Source: a virus (taxonomy: Duplodnaviria > Caudoviricetes). Taken from it: DNA of 64,000 nt. Positions within the stretch are counted from its first letter, which is position 1. Each line of letters opens with the position of its first letter. The stretch is from the IMG/VR virus record IMGVR_UViG_3300021408_000001, positions 32,001 to 96,000 of that record; one strand, written 5' to 3'. The notes below the pieces were generated by a model. The model saw only the letters and a list, made by a program, of their open reading frames with translations. It was not told the origin of the DNA and searched no databases. This document shows, one piece after another, positions 20,153 through 28,927 of this stretch. The translations under genes and the position numbers were made by a program.

Positions 20153-21882
20153 CCTCCCCCACTTTGATCCATTCCCGAATTAGACCTGCCAGCACTCTTA
20201 CCTTGCTGCATTCCGCCTGCCGCTGGAGCCTGCCGAGGGGGGCCTACGCGGGCTTGTGTGGGCTGCGCAGTGCCTCCGGCTGGCCCACCCCCACCTGCTG
20301 CTTGCTTGGCAGGCTGGGGCCTGTAGGTGGACGGGTTGTGCTTGGGAGCGTCCATGAGATCGCGGAACCACTCCTCTAGATCATCGTCTACACGAATGAT
20401 TCCAGCACCTACAGCATTACGCAGAGCAAAGGATACAGTCCTAGCTTCCTTAGTATCTCCAAGTCTACGAATCTTAAGTTCTGGGTAATCCTCGATTCCC
20501 CAGTTAGGCTGTACAATTTGCGGTATAACAAATTTGTTGAAAACAGAGCGTACCATATCCGCAAGATGTCTAGTTGACTTGTAGAACAGCGTCATAACAT
20601 CAGTATCACTACCAGTCACATTTTCGTACAGTGCTTGTGCCATAACATTATGCCAAATCATCTTCTGATGATGTTGGGCAGATTCCATTGGGGATACAGG
20701 TTGACCTTCTAGCTTGGCGAACATAACTTCCCAATAAGGAGGCAGTACTACGTGCGCCTTTTCATTGGTACGTAAGTTCTCTCCAAGTTCCTGCGCCAAA
20801 TTACGGTCATTAACCGTAAATCCGGGTGGTAGCTTTATAACAGGAATACCAATACCATGGCGCTCTTTTTGAATCGCATCAATCTTAAAGAAGTTCTCAG
20901 CGAAGTACCAGTGCTTGTAAGCAGAGCGAAGTACAGATATACCCCGCATGTCCCCAGCTTCACTATCATAGCTAAAGATAGCTAGTTTATCAATGGGAAC
21001 ACGCACATGATCCAAAGCCCCAGGAGAATTGTAAAAGTCAACAGCAGCTGGGCCACCATTGGCGTCATAAATCCAATCAACTACATCCATGGGATGTCGA
21101 GGAGCCATCTTCTTTAGGTAGACTCTACTCTTCCTACCAAACTGACGCTCATCCCAGACCTTCTCGAACATATAAAATCCGAAGTCCAGCATGAGAAGAG
21201 CTTCCGAAATAACTTGGTTAAACGGATAGCTCATGTATTGCGTAAAATTACGATGAACGAAAGTAGCTATCTCTCTGCTTCTAGGCTTGTCATCGTAAGG
21301 TTGCAAATACCACGTAGCACCCAGAATAGGTGTCTTAAGAGTCTTTAGCGCGCTTCTAGTCGCTGCATCAGAACGACGCATGCGATCGTACTTTTGTAAG
21401 CCCGCTAGATCTCTAAGCTCGGGATTGTACTCTTCACGTAGGTACTTAGTATACGAAGAAGATGTCCTACCCAGCTCAATACGCATCTGATGATCAGTTG
21501 CATCTGGGTCAGCTAGCTTTTGTAGTAGAGAGTACTCCTGCCTCTCCAAAAGCTGAATAGCGGGAAGGTTACTCTCATGTGTACTAGCCCTATTAGTCCT
21601 AACCTTATTTAGCTCGCGCTCCACGAACTCCTTATCAAACTTAGGAGCACTAACAGTAGGCTTTTGATGCAGTACATGCGAGGGAGCCTCTACCACAACG
21701 ATAGAGCTACCGTTAACATCGACGAGATCGATGCTCTTTGAATCGATAAGCCGATCCAGGTCTACAAGTTGAGGTCGAACCTCATGGCCCTCAGAATTAA
21801 CAATCTTTGGGCCGACCCCTACCGTAGGTACGGAACTTGCCGTATCCCTGGAATGGCCCCTAAATCTGTCTAGCAGACCCAT
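20149..21882 (-). CDS. Portal protein (DUF935/Mu gp29-like)
   Basis: YDRMRRSD, FGFYMFEKVW, G.S.LRSAYKHW and ERHGIGIPV motifs; downstream of terminase. Confidence 0.85.
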   Translation of the reverse strand: MGLLDRFRGHSRDTASSVPTVGVGPKIVNSEGHEVRPQLVDLDRLIDSKSIDLVDVNGSSIVVVEAPSHVLHQKPTVSAPKFDKEFVERELNKVRTNRASTHESNLPAIQLLERQEYSLLQKLADPDATDHQMRIELGRTSSSYTKYLREEYNPELRDLAGLQKYDRMRRSDAATRSALKTLKTPILGATWYLQPYDDKPRSREIATFVHRNFTQYMSYPFNQVISEALLMLDFGFYMFEKVWDERQFGRKSRVYLKKMAPRHPMDVVDWIYDANGGPAAVDFYNSPGALDHVRVPIDKLAIFSYDSEAGDMRGISVLRSAYKHWYFAENFFKIDAIQKERHGIGIPVIKLPPGFTVNDRNLAQELGENLRTNEKAHVVLPPYWEVMFAKLEGQPVSPMESAQHHQKMIWHNVMAQALYENVTGSDTDVMTLFYKSTRHLADMVRSVFNKFVIPQIVQPNWGIEDYPELKIRRLGDTKEARTVSFALRNAVGAGIIRVDDDLEEWFRDLMDAPKHNPSTYRPQPAKQAAGGGGPAGGTAQPTQARVGPPRQAPAAGGMQQGKSAGRSNSGMDQSGGG

Positions 21883-21915
21883 CCAGGGACATCCATCTCT
21901 CTAGGGGCTAACGTT

Positions 21916-22503
21916 TTAGATCCTGCGGTACTCGTATTTGCCTGTCTCACCCACGGATGTAGCGGGGCCAGCAACTATTGCTCGTCCCGGCCAGCCTCGG
22001 GCTGCACCAATAGAAGGCATGTTAGGAATACGCAGAACCACTGTGGCAGTGCTTATCGCGCCAGAAGGCTTAGCGCCAGAAGCTGTAATAGCTCCAGTAT
22101 CGCTGGCCACAGTTGTGCTCACACCTGTGTCAACCGTCATAATGAACGCCTCAGTACCACTGGTGCGTCCGTAAACGTTATATAGGTTGACTCCTGCTAC
22201 AGTAGCGAGAGTAAGAGTGACCCTGTTAGTAGAGCCGGCACCAGTAGTGATTGTAGCCGCAGCAGATGGCAGCGACTCAAGAGCATTAAGAACCGAGGTC
22301 ACCACATAACTAAGGGCTGTGGTACCCAATATCGATCCACCAGCAGTAGTGGTTGTGATCGCAGGGGCAGCGGGAGCAGCCGGACGAGTCGTGGCAAAAG
22401 AATCAACGTATGCTCCATAGGTCCTTCCAGACCCATCAGCAGCGTTGTATACTACTGTAGGCTTACGAGCAGCCTCAGCAGCAGTCAGTGAAAATAGCGG
22501 CAC
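21916..22503 (-). CDS. Ig/Fn3-like virion accessory protein
   Basis: Y.VT......ES.PS...VTLT....G...YNVYGRT pattern. Confidence 0.5.
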   Translation of the reverse strand: MPLFSLTAAEAARKPTVVYNAADGSGRTYGAYVDSFATTRPAAPAAPAITTTTAGGSILGTTALSYVVTSVLNALESLPSAAATITTGAGSTNRVTLTLATVAGVNLYNVYGRTSGTEAFIMTVDTGVSTTVASDTGAITASGAKPSGAISTATVVLRIPNMPSIGAARGWPGRAIVAGPATSVGETGKYEYRRI

Positions 22504-22550
22504 GCTAAATCCTCCAGAAACGGCCTAAAAATCCATAGAATCGGATTAGA

Positions 22551-23966
22551 CTAAAAGTTTAGGTCGCCAGCCCTAAAGATGGTGTTTGAACCACGAGAAG
22601 CGCCAGTTAGCGCAGGCATAGTATCCTGCAAATGATGCTGCGCACCTAGTTTGTACATGTGCATAAGACCGTATCTAATAGCATCAAGTGCATGATTATC
22701 GTAGTTCTGTGCTTCATCCCTAGGATTAGATCTATTACGTGCGTTACGTGGTGCTTCTTTAGCTTTATAGTTGTTGAACTCGCGAATAACATTCATACAT
22801 GAATGATCAACAAAGAATTTAGGTACCATGACTGGTGTCCCAAACTCATCATGTTGACCAGTCTCATACTCTTTTAAGAAGGACTTTACAAGCTCAATAC
22901 CCTCGCGCCAATTCGTCTTAGCAGCCGGATCGGCCCAGCAAGTAGTATAATGCTGCGTAACATACATCGCCGCCTCGGGATCAGCAGCATCCCCAAAAGA
23001 CATGTCGATTTTGTATCCGGGTGGTTGTTCCCGACTAGAAATCTCTTGTATATGTTGTTCTAACGTTTTGTAACCACCGTAATGCTCGCGCCAGATGTAG
23101 ATGTTATCCCATGCATCGATCTGCATCTCGATGCACGCGAGAGGGTTGCTGAATCCCCAGTCCCAGACCATGATGTTGGTCCACTCTGGGTTGTATTCAA
23201 GCTTCTTTACGTGGGTAGATTCTTGGAATTCGCCAAAGATACGGCCTACGAAAGCCGTAAAGTCGGCACCGATTTCCTGATCAAACCACTCTGGTGATGT
23301 GGTTCTCTCAATGGCTATGATTTCTGAATCTTCTCTACCACCTGGGTAAAGAATCCTGTTCTCCCATGAGGGGAATCTCCACGAGTCGTAATCAGCAAAG
23401 TCAGGATCTCTCCCGTATTGCCACAACTTATGGAAGAAGTTCATCCCCTCCGGAGTGCTACAGAACGATGCCCAGCCCCTATAGTCAGATAGAGCTGGTC
23501 GTATGTATCGTTCCCACGTATCCTCAGCGTGCTTGGCCGCCTCAGCCATAATCACGCCATGAAGGCCTTCACCAACAAGACTTTCAGGGTGTGAAGCAGA
23601 CCTAACTTCTAGGCGCGTTCTCCAAGGGAACTCAATGTACATGTCCCCCTGCTTGACGTTGTACGCCCTCTTGACCTGCTTGTTCAATCCGAGTTTCTGC
23701 CCAATAATCAAATCGTCCCATATAACACGGAACTCTTTTTCGCCTAACGAGTACTGAGGCCCAACGATCCAGTAGCGCCGATTAGGCATAAACAACTCAG
23801 GCTCCATATCCCTGGCAGCCATAGTTGTTTTGCCAAATCGCCTCCCACAGGAGGCGATGCGGAATCTAGCTTTTGATTGGTGATAAAGCCACTGCCTCTT
23901 GTGAGGCTCATACCCTATCTCCGCAAAAAGCTTCTCTTTATCGATGTAGGTATCAGTAACAGGCAT
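22551..23966 (-). CDS. terL: Terminase large subunit
   Basis: Walker A GRRFGKT, Walker B-like VIMAEAA, STPEG, nuclease WDWGF, and NHALDAIRY. Confidence 0.92.
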   Translation of the reverse strand: MPVTDTYIDKEKLFAEIGYEPHKRQWLYHQSKARFRIASCGRRFGKTTMAARDMEPELFMPNRRYWIVGPQYSLGEKEFRVIWDDLIIGQKLGLNKQVKRAYNVKQGDMYIEFPWRTRLEVRSASHPESLVGEGLHGVIMAEAAKHAEDTWERYIRPALSDYRGWASFCSTPEGMNFFHKLWQYGRDPDFADYDSWRFPSWENRILYPGGREDSEIIAIERTTSPEWFDQEIGADFTAFVGRIFGEFQESTHVKKLEYNPEWTNIMVWDWGFSNPLACIEMQIDAWDNIYIWREHYGGYKTLEQHIQEISSREQPPGYKIDMSFGDAADPEAAMYVTQHYTTCWADPAAKTNWREGIELVKSFLKEYETGQHDEFGTPVMVPKFFVDHSCMNVIREFNNYKAKEAPRNARNRSNPRDEAQNYDNHALDAIRYGLMHMYKLGAQHHLQDTMPALTGASRGSNTIFRAGDLNF

Positions 23967-23972
23967 AGGCCA

Positions 23973-24200
23973 TCAAGTGGGCCGAGCCGAATTTCTAAAC
24001 CTTGGCTCATGGCCGGACATGGGACACCGAATGAGCTTCTGACCTGTAGCACTAGTCACTATGCGCTCATCTAGCACCTGCTTACCAGCAGTGTCCTCTA
24101 CCAACTCATGGTAACTGTTGCAAGCGAAGCAGTTAATCTTGTTCTTGGTCATCAGTGTCCTTAGCAATCTTGCTTGTTGGTTGAGAGAAATAAGACTCAA
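23973..24200 (-). CDS. Small Zn-finger-like hypothetical protein
   Basis: CFAC...CP..GH. Confidence 0.4.
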   Translation of the reverse strand: MSLISLNQQARLLRTLMTKNKINCFACNSYHELVEDTAGKQVLDERIVTSATGQKLIRCPMSGHEPRFRNSARPT

Positions 24201-24268
24201 CCAAGACAGAGGAAGCCGGCTTACGACGCAAAACCGTATTTCTACCGGTACCTTTAAAATCCCGCATG

Positions 24269-24463
24269 TCAGTCCATACCGTCATCGTCACCGTCTTCGT
24301 AGAATTCTTCTAGCTCTGCTATGGCACCTAAACTAGAAATACTTTCAAGCGCTTCCATCATGCCGGCAACATCACCAGCATCACGAGCAGCCAGGTATTT
24401 CTGTCTTAGTTGCTCATAATGAGCCATCCAGCGACTTTTCTTCCGCTTCTTCTTACCCGCCAC
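24269..24463 (-). CDS. Hypothetical protein (basic N-terminus, acidic C-terminus)
   Basis: Same strand as the operon. Confidence 0.45.
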   Translation of the reverse strand: MAGKKKRKKSRWMAHYEQLRQKYLAARDAGDVAGMMEALESISSLGAIAELEEFYEDGDDDGMD

Positions 24464-24781
24464 GATTTGGCCAACCAGTGAGTGAGATGGGGAGCGCGAA
24501 ATGAAGCGCTAGTAAACCTAGCGCTAAGGGCAAATATTTAATATCCCCTGTGTCATGTATGACACCAAGGGACATGAGAAAGAACACTACTGCTGATGCT
24601 AGAGCAAACATTACTTACTCCAGTCGTTACTTAAACTCCCAGTCGACGTAACTGGTAGTAATAAGAGCGGTGTTACCAGTGCTTCGATCGGCGGGTGATA
24701 AATCTCCACACTGGTAGCACCGCGCGGATACAACATTACTTACAGAGAAGTGCTCGCACCTAAGCGTCATAGACTGAATGC

Positions 24782-25036
24782 TCATCCCGGCCTCCACTTA
24801 TCAAGGTCCGACCTAGCTTCTCCAGGATTGGGACCATCGACAGCTTGACCTGGCATATCAGCACCAGAGCGCCTATCTACAGACGTATACGTCTCTCCAT
24901 GGTGACCAACTCGTAAGTCTGCTGTATCGTCATCTATTCTTGCTGTAATAACAGCAGGTCTCCACCTGACTACACCACCAATTTCAACTTTGTGGTGTAC
25001 AGTCCGGTTAACCTTAGCAGGATAAACATTCGGCAT
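24782..25036 (-). CDS. Hypothetical phage protein
   Basis: R.VH.....RPAVIT......DL.V motif; operon position. Confidence 0.5.
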   Translation of the reverse strand: MPNVYPAKVNRTVHHKVEIGGVVRWRPAVITARIDDDTADLRVGHHGETYTSVDRRSGADMPGQAVDGPNPGEARSDLDKWRPG

Positions 25037-25047
25037 CAGCAGGTCAC

Positions 25048-25416
25048 TTACTTTTCGATGCTGTTAGCGACCTTGCCAAGGAAATCGTATAGTGGATCAG
25101 CCTCGGCCTCACGGTGACGGCCAGTAGATGGGCTAGTGCTACCGAACGCACGATCAAGAATGTACTTAGCCGCAGCATATCGCAGCTTGTCATCCTCGCT
25201 CATGTGAACAATCTGCACCATCGCCTCTACGGCGTCAGTTAGTGCTTCATCAAGGCGTCTCTTAGCAAAGTCAACAGGTGACTCTGCAAACATCTTTTGT
25301 TCATCAAGCTCGCCATGAGCAGCGTTCATCATCTGCTCTTCGAGCTGACGTTCTTGCTCGCGCCGCTTGCTTGAGTCCATGGGCTTATTATGCCCTAAAA
25401 TACCTGCTTGTTGCAA
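25048..25416 (-). CDS. Putative terminase small subunit
   Basis: Helical protein with RYAAAKYILDRAFG, first gene of the packaging operon. Confidence 0.5.
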   Translation of the reverse strand: MQQAGILGHNKPMDSSKRREQERQLEEQMMNAAHGELDEQKMFAESPVDFAKRRLDEALTDAVEAMVQIVHMSEDDKLRYAAAKYILDRAFGSTSPSTGRHREAEADPLYDFLGKVANSIEK

Positions 25417-25495
25417 GCTCTCTAGCCAAATTTCTTTTACCGGCGCAATAGTTGTGTAAAGCGTACAGAGGTCGACTGATCCTAAAAAGTAACTA

Positions 25496-25509
25496 CGAAC
25501 GTGTGTTCG
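25496..25509. promoter_or_regulatory. LexA/SOS box (Gram-positive type)
   Basis: CGAACGTGTGTTCG is a perfect CGAAC-N4-GTTCG upstream of the packaging operon. Confidence 0.55.
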
Positions 25510-25523
25510 GAGGCCAAGACGCG

Positions 25524-25553
25524 AAAAAGGCCCCTTCCGTGAGGAAGGGGCCT
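25524..25553 (-). terminator. Rho-independent terminator ending the tRNA/guide-array transcript
   Basis: Minus strand GGCCCCTTCC-TCAC-GGAAGGGGCC-TTTTT. Confidence 0.8.
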
Positions 25554-25569
25554 CTGTTCGTAGGCTTTG

Positions 25570-25770
25570 TTAAGCGTTCAGCCTAGCGTGCTCACCATCA
25601 ACGAACATCTTGTACGCTACATTCTTAATTTGCACTACTTGGCTGGGATCTTCGGTGTCTCTAACCAAGGTGTAGTCACCAATTACCTGTGCCTCTGGAC
25701 AGTTGCCCTGAGGTTCACTGTAGGTAATTTTGGGGGCACTATCATTCCAAGAATGAGCTGTTCTAGACAT
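25570..25770 (-). CDS. DUF397/BldB-like small protein
   Basis: YS...GNCPEA......LVRDTEDP........Y..FV matches the actinomycete DUF397 pattern (SYS..GNCVEVA...VRDSKDP...W.AF). Confidence 0.65.
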   Translation of the reverse strand: MSRTAHSWNDSAPKITYSEPQGNCPEAQVIGDYTLVRDTEDPSQVVQIKNVAYKMFVDGEHARLNA

Positions 25771-25879
25771 AACTCTTTCACGGTGCTAGACAAACCCGAG
25801 AATTTCGGGACGGTAGAGTATAGCACGTTGGAGGTTTGGGCTTCGTGTCAAAAGATGGTGACATATAGCACGTTTGATG

Positions 25880-26106
25880 GCGTCTCACGGTGCTGGATAC
25901 CGAGTCAGGCTTGGCCATTAATAGTTGCTAGCGTTTTTCCGCTGGGTAACGTGTGGGATTAGGCTAGCGTTTGCCAATTGGATATAGTCATCATACGTGG
26001 CTAGCGTGTTTTCACTGGAAAGCGTATGGGATTAGGCTAGCGTTTGCCAGTTGGAAATCGTGTGCGGTATGGCGTAACATATCTGGATATCGTTCGGGGT
26101 ATGGCC
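25880..26106 (-). repeat. TIGR-type dual-spacer guide array, block A
   Basis: Plus strand TAGCG-N9-TGGRWAWCG-N9-WGGC repeated with ~36-nt period, e.g. tagcg tttttccgc tgggtaacg tgtgggatt aggc tagcg tttgccaat tggatatag. Confidence 0.8.
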
Positions 26107-26314
26107 GACATAGTGTGTGGATGAGAACCTTGGCTGAAGATTACAATTCACCATACGGCACGTCCAATACCTAGGAAAACAGAATTGCAACCGACCCATC
26201 TGGGGTAAGCCCCCATCCACACACATCTTTTGTATATGGCCGGTACACCCTGTGAATCCCACGTCAGACGTGTATGCGGTTAACTCCGCAAGTGTGCCGA
26301 CCATATACGACCTA

Positions 26315-26896
26315 CTACGGCTTTAGAATGTTGCGCCAGAGATCAGCGTCTAGATCGCCGAGGCGATCAACATCGTTCGCCCGCATCACCTGAGCCAGCT
26401 TCTCGTGCCGCTGAGCGTCTTCCAGGATCGAACCAGCTCGACCACGCTGCCACTTGGCGCGCTGCTCATGATCCTCTGGGCTTGAGTCCTCGTAAGTAAC
26501 CCATCGGCCATTCGGCAGATTGAACTTGCGACGAATAAGCTGCTTTTGAGCCTCAGCCCAGTCAACCGGCTCATCGTCAAGGTCAATAATCTGACCGGAA
26601 ACCATGTCGATCCTACGGATCACAAGAGGAGTATCAAGGAAAACCTTGTTCTCTAGCGCTCTTGTATGGTTCCTATAGATCCTCTTAGCCTTGTCCATAA
26701 TGAGTGGACGGACCAGGCCGAACAGCTTATCAACTAGGCCCTGATCAGTGATCGGACCGAAAGCTAGCTCGAAATCAACGATAACCTGGTCGGTAGCCTT
26801 CTCTGCATCAAGACCCTCAGCTACGATTTTCTGGTAGAGGATCTTTTGTACAGATTCATGGACAGTTGCTGTATCCTTTACGGACTCCTGATTCAT
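26315..26896 (-). CDS. Hypothetical protein embedded in guide array (candidate Tas accessory)
   Basis: 193 aa, flanked on both sides by guide blocks; C-terminal F.LPNG..V.Y....DH..R......A.RH motif. Confidence 0.7.
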   Translation of the reverse strand: MNQESVKDTATVHESVQKILYQKIVAEGLDAEKATDQVIVDFELAFGPITDQGLVDKLFGLVRPLIMDKAKRIYRNHTRALENKVFLDTPLVIRRIDMVSGQIIDLDDEPVDWAEAQKQLIRRKFNLPNGRWVTYEDSSPEDHEQRAKWQRGRAGSILEDAQRHEKLAQVMRANDVDRLGDLDADLWRNILKP

Positions 26897-26927
26897 TATT
26901 GCCCTTCCTTATTTGTCCTTCTTGGTA

Positions 26928-27190
26928 TCGCGTTATATGCGATGGGCATCGTTAGGCGCAACAGTCGAGGGCATCGTGGTGACAAAGGCCTAAAATGGTT
27001 TAACGTGAGGCTTGTGGGTATCGGTGCATGCTTGGTTAAGCGATGGTTCCATGGTTATCGTGTAGTACATTGGCTAAGCGTAGTTCGGCATGGGAATCGT
27101 GACTTCTACGGCTAAAGCGTTTCTCCCATGGGAATCGTTTCTTGTTTGGCTAAGCGGCTGATGCATGGGTATCGTTGCTTGTGCTGGCTT
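26928..27190 (-). repeat. TIGR-type guide array, block B (directly 3' of tRNA-Gly)
   Basis: e.g. aagcg tttctccca tgggaatcg tttcttgtt tggct aagcg gctgatgca tgggtatcg ttgcttgtgc tggct. Confidence 0.85.
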
Positions 27191-27194
27191 AGAG

Positions 27195-27267
27195 AGCGGA
27201 CGAAGGGACTCGAACCCTCAACACCCTGCTTGGAAGGCAGGCACTCTACCAATTGAGTTACGTCCGC
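27195..27267 (-). tRNA. tRNA-Gly(TCC)
   Basis: GCGGACG acceptor stem, anticodon arm CCTGC-CTTCCAA-GCAGG, T-loop GTTCGAGT; no encoded CCA. Confidence 0.93.
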
Positions 27268-27271
27268 AAGA

Positions 27272-27526
27272 TTACACTACAGGTTCAGAGAACCATAAAT
27301 TGTTCTTCTCAAAGAATCCACTGCCCATACCCATGTAGGTATGCGGCCCAAAAATCTCCATCAGATTCCAGATATGGAATCTTTGGTATCCTTCTGGTCC
27401 CTTCTCAATAAGTAGTCGGTACTTTGCTGAGTCAAGTCCTAACGAAGAATGGTAGGCGTCATAAATTTCCCATCCAGCCCCTGTCAATTGTACCCACACG
27501 TAGTTGTTGAGATTGATTGGTGTCAT
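27272..27526 (-). CDS. Hypothetical phage protein
   Basis: INLN..V.V.LT..G and W.LM..FG motifs; coupled to neighbours. Confidence 0.6.
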   Translation of the reverse strand: MTPINLNNYVWVQLTGAGWEIYDAYHSSLGLDSAKYRLLIEKGPEGYQRFHIWNLMEIFGPHTYMGMGSGFFEKNNLWFSEPVV

Positions 27527-27726
27527 AGTTTGTAGCCATCATAACGATGGTCTTCGATCTCTGGCAATTCCAGGATCAAATCACCCTCATCATCTATGTA
27601 AGCCTTCACCACGTCATGATAAACACCATAACGATCATCCTCGATTGGCTGATATACATAGACATCGAAGTTGTTGTTATTGTCGGCATGTACGTATAAC
27701 ATCCTCTTAAGATCAGTTATTTTCAA
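27523..27726 (-). CDS. Hypothetical protein
   Basis: Translationally coupled ORFs. Confidence 0.5.
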   Translation of the reverse strand: MKITDLKRMLYVHADNNNNFDVYVYQPIEDDRYGVYHDVVKAYIDDEGDLILELPEIEDHRYDGYKL

Positions 27727-27920
27727 AAGTCGTCCTCCGCCGGAGTTGTGTACTGTTCTAATACCTCTAATGTACCAGTGAAGAATTCAACGTTACCCAG
27801 ATCATCGCGGGCAACAACCCAGTCGGCGCCTATAGCTTCTATTCTCTTATCCCTGTAACTATCACGACCAAAGTAACTACCACAATAGCCATACAATAGT
27901 GTTCCTACTCTTAGTGTCAT
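27723..27920 (-). CDS. Hypothetical phage protein
   Basis: LYGYCG.YFGRDSY.DKRIEAIG.DWVVAR motif typical of small phage proteins. Confidence 0.6.
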   Translation of the reverse strand: MTLRVGTLLYGYCGSYFGRDSYRDKRIEAIGADWVVARDDLGNVEFFTGTLEVLEQYTTPAEDDF

Positions 27921-28388
27921 GGCCTCGTGGTCACGTGCCAGACAACTGTTATTAGTGCCCCAACCCCAAAGGTTGTCATGGCTACTCCGGTAATTGGGTA
28001 CGTTCTAGTGATTACCATCAATGTTCCAATAACAGCGACAATGTCTCCTATCAGAATCGCACCTGTAATAACTTTTGTTTCCATAGTAAACGGCCAGGAC
28101 TGGACTCCACCCGCTTAACGAGGCAAGTGAAATCCACTAGTTGGGTAGAACTAGGCGATCCACTACCGCAACCCCTACCCGAGTCCGATAGCTTCCCGCA
28201 TCCTGACCAAACTTAGTCAGCTAGTTCTTCTCTAAGCTTGTTTACCTTCTCAGCTAGCTTAGAAAGTCTGCGCCTAAAGTCAGAATTTTCTTCTTCGAGC
28301 GAATATGCTAGCTTGTAGTAACTTATGATATCATCAAATATATCGATCTGGTCTTCGGTAAATCATACTCTGATCGACTTGGTCATTG

Positions 28389-28462
28389 TGCCCACGAGAG
28401 GAGTCGAACCTCCAACCTCCAGGACCTAAACCTGGCGCCTCTGCCAATTGGGCTACGTGGGC
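28389..28462 (-). tRNA. tRNA-Leu(TAG), short variable loop
   Basis: GCCCACG acceptor, anticodon arm CCAGG-TTTAGGT-CCTGG, T-loop GTTCGACT. Confidence 0.85.
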
Positions 28463-28499
28463 TAACTCTTATAAACTACCCAGTGGAACTATCATTGTC

Positions 28500-28927
28500 A
28501 AGCGAGATGGGCTTGGGCTTCGGTGGTCATGGGGCCTGACAGAGAACCCTTCACACGTGACGAGCGCGGGGATCGTTTCTACTATGGCGTGTGGGTTCTG
28601 GGTATCGCGACATACATTTGGCCACTTAATAGCGTGCGTTATTTGGGTATCGCGAACGGTATGGCTAAATAAGCGCGTGGGAAAATTTTGGGTATCGGGC
28701 GTTGATTGGCGCGAACAAGTTTTGGTTGGGAGGTAGATCATCGTGATGATCTACCTCCCGGATTCTAGGCGACGTGATGTTGGATTATCGTCATCATATG
28801 CTTTGGCCTAGATTGTTCGACGTGTTCCTCTTGGATATCGACCGAAGTATGGTCGAGTCGGTTATGGGCATCGTTGATCTAATTGGACCTAACCGTTTCA
28901 CCTCTGGGTATCGTATGCCAAGTTGGG
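28500..28927 (-). repeat. TIGR-type guide array, block C (immediately downstream of Nop-domain gene)
   Basis: About 10 units, e.g. agcg tgcgttatt tgggtatcg cgaacggta tggct; contains a perfect hairpin at 28728-28759. Confidence 0.8.

Noticed and set aside
166-24336. Plus-strand ORFs in the structural region, and minus-strand ORFs in the 41-64 kb arm
   Set aside because: These are antisense shadows of well-supported genes on the opposite strand.
24668-24724. 15-bp inverted repeat as ncRNA
   Set aside because: It lies within a plausible short minus-strand CxxC ORF, and there is no other support.
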